Positions 57,432 to 64,000 of a stretch of DNA of 64,000 bases are shown here, in pieces. Below the pieces are notes generated by a model. The model was not told the origin of the DNA and ran no database searches. It saw nothing but the letters and a program-made list of their open reading frames with translations. This DNA is from Acidobacteriaceae bacterium (GTDB lineage Bacteria > Acidobacteriota > Terriglobia > Terriglobales > Acidobacteriaceae): NCBI GenBank assembly GCA_028283655.1, contig JAPWKE010000001.1, forward strand, positions 25,082-89,081, written 5' to 3'. Position numbers and translations under genes: made by a program. Within the stretch, counting starts at the first letter, position 1. Every line of letters starts with the position of its first letter.

Positions 57432-57670
57432 AAACATTCGACCAGCGCAAAACCTCAGGCTTATGAGGGGTAAGCCCGACTTGTCCTGTCAAATGAGGCA
57501 AGGTCAATGCCCGTTGCCAGCGATGGCACATTCCTTTTCAGCGACAAGATGCTTTCGGGCGGTTGCACTTCGTGCTGAGGCTTTTGACCGTGCCCACGCC
57601 TTCCGCCTTCGGCTTATCCTCCCTGATATCCTTGATATCGAACAAGAATTAGCAAGGAGCGCATCAGAAC

Positions 57671-59098
<1,428 letters not shown>

Positions 59099-59226
59099 AG
59101 AGTGGTTAGTCGTTAGTAGTTAGTAGTTAGTCATAAGTAAAAGGCAGAAAAGCGAAAGGCCTGCGGGAAACCGCAGGCCTTTCGCTTTTGCCGCACTGAC
59201 AACTGACAACTCTCTGTAACCACTCT
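59099..59226. repeat. composite palindromic intergenic element (outer IR + heptamer repeats + central hairpin)
   Basis: Outer inverted repeat AGAGTGGTTA (59099-59108) / TAACCACTCT (59217-59226). (N)GTTAGT occurs 4 times at 59104-59131 and CTGACAA twice at 59196-59209. These flank the terminator hairpin. Confidence 0.6.
59148..59189. terminator. bidirectional terminator (ahcY / DUF4397 gene)
   Basis: AAAAGCGAAAGGCCTGCGG-GAAA-CCGCAGGCCTTTCGCTTTT, a perfect 19-bp stem. Confidence 0.85.
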
Positions 59227-59242
59227 AGGGTAGAAGGCGCAT

Positions 59243-59983
59243 CTAGTCGTAATCGTTCAACGTAATCACCTGCAGCGGAGGCGTCGTCACCAGCGTGTTG
59301 TCATCGATGATGATGGTGCGCACCGCACCGGCCGTAAGCACGGTCTGCGAGCCAGTGTAGCTGGTGATGGTGGTCGAGATCGGCACCGTTCCGTTGGGCA
59401 GAATCTCCAGCTGGTACGTTCCCGCAGGAACGTTGATGTAGCCGGTGTTCGAGCCAAGCGTCAGGTTGGTGTAGAGCGCGTTCGTAGTCAGCAGTGTGCC
59501 GCTGGAGGACACCATGTAGATGTCCAGGGCTCCTGCGGAAGCCGACATGTCGACCAGTCGAATGCTGACCGAACCGCTCGGTGCCGGACCGCTCAGGTCG
59601 GTCAACGCCGTCAGGGCGAGGGTCGCCGAGGGGTTGCCGGCGATCACCGTATAGCGACCGCTGGTCTTGACCGTCAGGTTGGCCGAAGCCAGAGCCGTTG
59701 TGTCGTAGCCATACTGCGCTGCGGCTACGGTGTAGGTGCCCGGCGAAACATACAGGTAGTTCGGCGTGTAGGAGTTATAGCCGAGGTTGTAGGTCTGTAC
59801 CGTCTTGTTCAGCAGGAAGTCCAGGCCAGGCGCGTCAGAGGACGCAGCCACGAAGCGCACACCAGCAGAGCTCGGAGAGGTGCTTTGAATGCTCTGGCAT
59901 CCGGCCAGCCCCAGCGCCGCGACGGCTGCAAAGGCTGCGCGGAGCGCACGATTTCGGGATGTCAGCGCAAAAATAGCCGGCAT
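59243..59983 (-). CDS. DUF4397-domain lipoprotein
   Basis: Lipobox ALGLAGC. It has a repeated motif VRFVAASSDAPGLDF / IRLVDMSASAGALDIY. Confidence 0.8.
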   Translation of the reverse strand: MPAIFALTSRNRALRAAFAAVAALGLAGCQSIQSTSPSSAGVRFVAASSDAPGLDFLLNKTVQTYNLGYNSYTPNYLYVSPGTYTVAAAQYGYDTTALASANLTVKTSGRYTVIAGNPSATLALTALTDLSGPAPSGSVSIRLVDMSASAGALDIYMVSSSGTLLTTNALYTNLTLGSNTGYINVPAGTYQLEILPNGTVPISTTITSYTGSQTVLTAGAVRTIIIDDNTLVTTPPLQVITLNDYD

Positions 59984-60226
59984 AGGTTCATCAATCTGCT
60001 GTCAGGCTCATGTGCCGGAAGCTGTCTCTCAGCTTACCCGATTTCGCTGTTGTTTGGCGCGTCGCTGGCCTATCCAGCTGGTCGGATGCAGGGCAGTGAT
60101 GCTGATAGCAAAAAATCAGCCCCGCGGCGGGCGAGATTTCTCTCAGCACGGGCCGCAGGGCTAGCTCTTGTTTGCTGCGACGCAAATAGTACACCCACGT
60201 CTACACTTTTGGCTCGTCGCGAAGCT

Positions 60227-60514
60227 TTATTTTTCCACAGCAGGCTTTGGCCTGTGGGCAATCACCAGCGCAGAGATCCGCCCATACTCGTCGGCGGGCA
60301 GAATTCCACGGGTAACCAGCTGATTCTTGGCGGTATAAGGTCGCCCGGCGATCACTCGCCGAGCGTACTCGTGACCCATGCCGGGCAGCATCACGAGTTG
60401 TTGGATCGAAGCGGAGTTAAGGTCCAGCTTTTCGCTGCCGGGGCTTGTCTGCTGGGGCATGCTGGAGCCCAGCAAAGGGGCTGTCAGCGCAATCGCCATC
60501 AGCAGCGTACACAT
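60227..60514 (-). CDS. ComEA-like helix-hairpin-helix small secreted protein
   Basis: LDLNSASIQQLVMLPGMGHEYARRVIAGRPY is an HhH motif. A signal peptide is present. Its ATG overlaps the upstream stop (TAATG). Confidence 0.8.
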   Translation of the reverse strand: MCTLLMAIALTAPLLGSSMPQQTSPGSEKLDLNSASIQQLVMLPGMGHEYARRVIAGRPYTAKNQLVTRGILPADEYGRISALVIAHRPKPAVEK

Positions 60515-61221
60515 TACAGGCTGCCGCGTGCCTTTTCGATTCCGGTCACGAAGCCGTCGCGCATCGTGATGATGCGGTCGGCGATCTGCGCGGCTTCGGG
60601 GTTGTGCGTAATCATCAGCACGGTCTGCTTCATCTCGCGACTGCTCTCGCGCAGCATGGCCAGCACGGCAGCGGAGTTCTCCGTGTCCAGGTTGCCGGTA
60701 GGTTCATCGGCCAGCACGATGGCAGGGCGCGTGATGAGTGCGCGAGCGATCGCGACACGCTGCTGCTGACCGCCGGAGAGCTCGTTCGGACGATGCTTCA
60801 AGCGGTCGGTCAGCCCCAGCATTCCCGAAAGGTGGTTGAGCAGGTCCTTGTCGAACGGCTTGCCGGTGTCGGCGATGGTGTGTGCCAGCTCGATGTTGTC
60901 GTAGGACGAAATCGTCGGCAGCAGGTTGAAGCGCTGGAAGATAAAGCCAATATGCGCGCGGCGAAGCTTGGTGCGTTCGCCGTCGCTGAGCTGGGAGATG
61001 TCCTGCCCTTGAATCCGCAGCGAGCCGCTCGTGGGCGAGGTCAATCCGCCCAGAATGTAGAAGAGCGTCGATTTACCAGAGCCTGACGGCCCCACAATCG
61101 CTACAAACTCTCCACGCTCGATGGAAAAGCTCGCGTCCTTCAGAGCTGGAACTTCCAGCTTGCCGGAACGGTATGTCTTGCTGATGTTTTTGGCTTCGAT
61201 GATCGGAGAAGGAGTGCTCAT
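60514..61221 (-). CDS. ABC transporter ATP-binding protein (MacB/LolD/FtsE type), no adjacent permease
   Basis: Walker A GPSGSGKST, signature LSGGQQQRVAIARAL and Walker B VLADEPTGNLD. Confidence 0.92.
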   Translation of the reverse strand: MSTPSPIIEAKNISKTYRSGKLEVPALKDASFSIERGEFVAIVGPSGSGKSTLFYILGGLTSPTSGSLRIQGQDISQLSDGERTKLRRAHIGFIFQRFNLLPTISSYDNIELAHTIADTGKPFDKDLLNHLSGMLGLTDRLKHRPNELSGGQQQRVAIARALITRPAIVLADEPTGNLDTENSAAVLAMLRESSREMKQTVLMITHNPEAAQIADRIITMRDGFVTGIEKARGSL

Positions 61222-61268
61222 AGCGACTTCTGCAGTGTACCGGAGCGGGGCATCCTGCGCTTTCCGGC

Positions 61269-61742
61269 TCAGGCCTCGCCTGCTCCCGGCATCAGGGCGC
61301 TGGCAAGGTTCAGCTCATCCAGAAAGCTCACCTTCAGCCAAAGCTCCACGATGCGAAAGGGCTCGCCGGAGCCTCGCTTCCACGACCGCAGGGTGCAGAG
61401 CTCGGTCAGCCCGAGATGGCTGCTGCGCGTCATCTCCAGCCCGGACGCCATCAGCGACGAGTACAGCCCGACGGAGTCGCGCAGGAGCATCTCGACGCGC
61501 AGCAGGACGTCCGTAACGGAGACGGTTCTCTTCTCCAGAACCCAGCATCCGCAGGCTTCCAGCGCTTCCACGACCCCGGGCAGCACGTTCCTGCGCTCGT
61601 CGTAGCTGAAGGCTTCTAGCTCCAGCATCGGCGTGCGATTACGCTCCGCGTTTGGCTGGAGAGAGTTCGCCGGAGATGGGCTGATAGGTGTCGGCATACG
61701 GTTGATGGCAAAGGGCGGAAACGGGACTCCCGGTTCTGCCAC
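61269..61742 (-). CDS. hypothetical protein
   Basis: 157-aa ORF with a GTG start and coding-like bias. I recognise no motif, and the start is uncertain (internal ATG gives MLELEAF). Confidence 0.5.
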   Translation of the reverse strand: MAEPGVPFPPFAINRMPTPISPSPANSLQPNAERNRTPMLELEAFSYDERRNVLPGVVEALEACGCWVLEKRTVSVTDVLLRVEMLLRDSVGLYSSLMASGLEMTRSSHLGLTELCTLRSWKRGSGEPFRIVELWLKVSFLDELNLASALMPGAGEA

Positions 61743-61840
61743 TTCCTCTTCATCGGAGCTCCTGATGTCTCCGTAACGTGTGGCTGCAACCGCTACACTC
61801 GTCTCAGCGCTTTGCTCCGGCAGAGGGTGAGGAGGTGGAA

Positions 61841-62221
61841 ATGGTCGTAGGAGTTGGCACGGACATGATCGAAATTGAACGCATCGAGCGTTCTCTTGCC
61901 CGTTTTGGCGAAAACTTCCTTCACCGCGTCTACACTCCGGGCGAAATCGCCTACTGCCAGCGCAAGGTGAAGACCTCCGGGGAAAGCTACGCGGCGCGTT
62001 TTGCAGCGAAGGAGGCCGGCGCCAAGGCCCTCGGCACAGGCATCAGCCGAGGAGTGAACTGGCGAGAGTTTGAGGTGACCCGCCTGCCGGGTCAGCGTCC
62101 TGAACTCGTTCTGCACGGGCGGGCGCGAGAAATCGCTGACCGCCTCGGTATCCGCCGTCTCTCGCTGAGCCTCTCGCACTCCCGTACTGAGGCGATCGCC
62201 ATCGTCGTGGCCGAGGATTAG
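61841..62221 (+). CDS. acpS: holo-[acyl-carrier-protein] synthase
   Basis: MVVGVGTDMIEIERI...YAARFAAKEAGAKALGTG...EIADRLGIRRLSLSLSHSRTEAIAIVVAE. GGAGG SD. Confidence 0.93.
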   Translation: MVVGVGTDMIEIERIERSLARFGENFLHRVYTPGEIAYCQRKVKTSGESYAARFAAKEAGAKALGTGISRGVNWREFEVTRLPGQRPELVLHGRAREIADRLGIRRLSLSLSHSRTEAIAIVVAED

Positions 62222-62407
62222 AGCGCAAAAAACGAAGCTCGTGATAGCCGACCAAAGACACCCAGCTATCTACGGCCCACCCTCTACCCCCTACGCTCTA
62301 TCTGTTTCGCGATACAGTGGAAAGAAAGCAGCCAAAACCCCTCTTCCGTTCTCTAAGTAGAGGGACACCCTGCTTCGCAGCAGTAAATACAACCCCACGG
62401 GAGGCTT

Positions 62408-63493
62408 ATGCCCAGCCAGCAGGAAGTAAAGTGGTCGCAGCTCAAGGTCGGATTACTCGTCATGGGATCCGTCGTCTTGCTCTGCATTCTGCTCTTCCTT
62501 ATGAGCAGCGCCTCCGGCATGAGCGTCTTCTCGCACAAGATCCACGTGGACTCTTACTTCTCCAGCTCCAACGGGCTGAAGAAGGGCGGGGAAGTCCAGC
62601 TCGAAGGCGTGACCATCGGTGAGGTCAGGTCGGTCATCATCTCTACCGACCCGGCGCACAAACTCGCGCCCGTCCACGTTCAGATGAAGCTGAGCCCGCG
62701 CTACAGCGAAAGCCTGCGTGTGGACACGATCGCTTCGCTCACCAAGGTCGGCCTCGTCGGCGACACCGTGGTGAACCTCGACAGCACCCACGCCGTCGGC
62801 CCTGGGCTACAGAGTGGAATGACGCTGCGTTCGCAGGACACCGACGACATCTCGGCGGTTATGTCAGAGTCGAAAACTACGCTGCAGACGTTGAACGGGA
62901 CGCTGGGCAAGCTGAACGCCATCGTCGATGGCATCCAGAACGGCGAGGGCACTGCGGGGCAGCTTCTCAAGAACCGCGAGATGTTCGACAATCTGAACGC
63001 CACCACGCGCGATCTGCACACGCTGGTCGCGAACCTGAACTCGGGGCACGGCTCCGCAGGCAAACTGCTCCACGATAACGATCTCTACAATCATCTCGAC
63101 TCGACCGCCGCAAAGCTCGACACCATTGCGAGCGGCCTGCAGCAGGGCAAGGGCTCTGCGGGCAAGCTGCTGACGGATGACTCGCTCTACAACAACCTGA
63201 ACGAGTCGCTCACGCACCTGAACTCGATGCTCGCGGACGCTGACCACGGCAAGGGTGCACTTGGTCTGCTGACGAAGGACCCGGCGTTTGCCCGCAAGCT
63301 GGACCACACGGTCACTGGCCTCGACGACCTATTGAGTGGCGTGAACAGTGGTAAGGGAACACTCGGCAAGCTGGCTACGGATGATGCAGCCTACAAGCAC
63401 CTCGACGGCTTGCTGCAAAACTCCACCGACCTCGTGACCGCGATTCGTCAGGACCCGAAGAAGTATCTGACGATCCACATGAAGATCTTCTAG
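62408..63493 (+). CDS. MlaD/MCE-family protein with five 34-aa C-terminal repeats
   Basis: N-terminal TM helix, then the MCE core SNGLKKGGEVQLEGVTIGEVRSV. Repeats G(x)G(S/T)(A/L)GKLL..D..LY..L start at aa 178, 212, 246, 280 and 314. Confidence 0.88.
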   Translation: MPSQQEVKWSQLKVGLLVMGSVVLLCILLFLMSSASGMSVFSHKIHVDSYFSSSNGLKKGGEVQLEGVTIGEVRSVIISTDPAHKLAPVHVQMKLSPRYSESLRVDTIASLTKVGLVGDTVVNLDSTHAVGPGLQSGMTLRSQDTDDISAVMSESKTTLQTLNGTLGKLNAIVDGIQNGEGTAGQLLKNREMFDNLNATTRDLHTLVANLNSGHGSAGKLLHDNDLYNHLDSTAAKLDTIASGLQQGKGSAGKLLTDDSLYNNLNESLTHLNSMLADADHGKGALGLLTKDPAFARKLDHTVTGLDDLLSGVNSGKGTLGKLATDDAAYKHLDGLLQNSTDLVTAIRQDPKKYLTIHMKIF

Positions 63494-63527
63494 CTGCAGG
63501 CCAGTAGGGCTCAGGGTTTAGAAATCC

Positions 63528-63565
63528 AAACGGCGAGGCTGGCAGGTATGCCAGCCTCGCCGTTT
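63528..63565 (+). terminator. rho-independent terminator after mlaD-like gene
   Basis: AAACGGCGAGGCTGGC-AGGTAT-GCCAGCCTCGCCGTTT. Confidence 0.8.
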
Positions 63566-63719
63566 AGCGTCAGCATGGTTTCCGGCACGAGCGACGCCTT
63601 CAGCTAAACCCTGGACCCTTGTCCTTGCCCTCTTCGCCCTTTTTTGCAACTTCCCACGCTGTTTCCTCGTATCCTCCTCATTAGCGAAACTTATTCGCGT
63701 ATTTCCGAGGAGAGCTTTC

Positions 63720-64000
63720 ATGCGTCCTATTGCAGTTCTGTCGTTGCTCGCCGCGTTCGGCGTTTCCGCCGCCGTGGCGCAGAGTGCGTCCGCGCCCACC
63801 GCTCCACCCAAGCCCATCCTGCTCGACATCGCCGGTATCGACAAGACCGCCGACCCCTGCACGGATTTCTATCAGTACGCCTGCGGCAACTGGCGCAAGG
63901 AGCATCCGCTTCCCTCGGATAAGACCCGTTTCGGTCGCTTCAATGAGCTGCATGACTACAACGTCTACTCGCTCTACACCGAGATGAAGGCTGCCGCAGA
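63720..64000 (+). CDS. M13-family metallopeptidase (PepO/neprilysin-like), 3' end beyond window
   Basis: GAGGAG lies 7 nt before ATG 63720. MRPIAVLSLLAAFGVSAAVAQS is a signal peptide, followed by DKTADPCTDFYQYACGNWRKEHPLPSDKTRFGRFNEL. The frame is open to the window end, so it is absent from the ORF track. Confidence 0.8.
   Translation, partial: MRPIAVLSLLAAFGVSAAVAQSASAPTAPPKPILLDIAGIDKTADPCTDFYQYACGNWRKEHPLPSDKTRFGRFNELHDYNVYSLYTEMKAAA

Noticed and set aside
57432-57670. SAH riboswitch upstream of ahcY
   Set aside because: The 239-nt leader is long, but I could not find the conserved SAH-riboswitch core (GAGGAGCGCUGC...CAGGCUCGG-type pseudoknot). Only a short hairpin GGCTTA/TAAGCC is present. 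A covariance-model scan would settle it.
63512-63614. 10-bp inverted repeat CAGGGTTTAG / CTAAACCCTG flanking the mlaD terminator
   Set aside because: It is short, single-copy in the window and separated by 83 nt. It is compatible with chance or with extension of terminator structure.

Overview
This is a high-GC (about 60%) chromosomal segment with mostly housekeeping content. The gene content points to an Acidobacteriota (Terriglobia) genome: a CarboxypepD_reg-type TonB receptor, a GH79 glucuronidase-like enzyme, NHL-type lipoproteins, an orphan MacB/LolD-type ATPase and an exosortase. I support about 57 protein-coding genes, one tRNA-Leu(CAG) and about 15 hairpin terminators. Recognisable core genes are gyrB (5'-truncated), dnaB, dacB, folP, frr, bamA, rlpA, rpmI, rplT, typA, ahcY and acpS. 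I saw no rRNA, CRISPR array, transposase or integrase. Many long ORFs in the six-frame track are antisense shadows of real genes and I rejected them.

Most interesting regions:
1. 7386-9591: a compact candidate metal-stress module. It contains an unannotated 23-codon ORF with 9 cysteines and a strong SD, then a hairpin, a CorE-like ECF sigma factor with a Cys-rich C-terminus and no anti-sigma gene, and a Met/His-rich secreted beta-barrel-like protein.
2. 23577-25436: a 60-aa protein that is almost entirely signal peptide plus a P-E-x-P-T C-terminal sorting signal, next to an exosortase-EpsI fusion.
3. 36157-38369: a DprE1/DprE2-like epimerase pair (decaprenyl-phospho-arabinose type chemistry) after two tandem polysaccharide deacetylases.
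4. 42255-49108: a circularly permuted ATP-grasp / alpha-E / transglutaminase triad split by 3.3 kb of inserted genes, including a BrnT/BrnA pair.
5. 53159-53436: a higB toxin with a 1-nt frameshift next to an intact higA.

All functional calls rest on motif recognition by eye. No database search was run.
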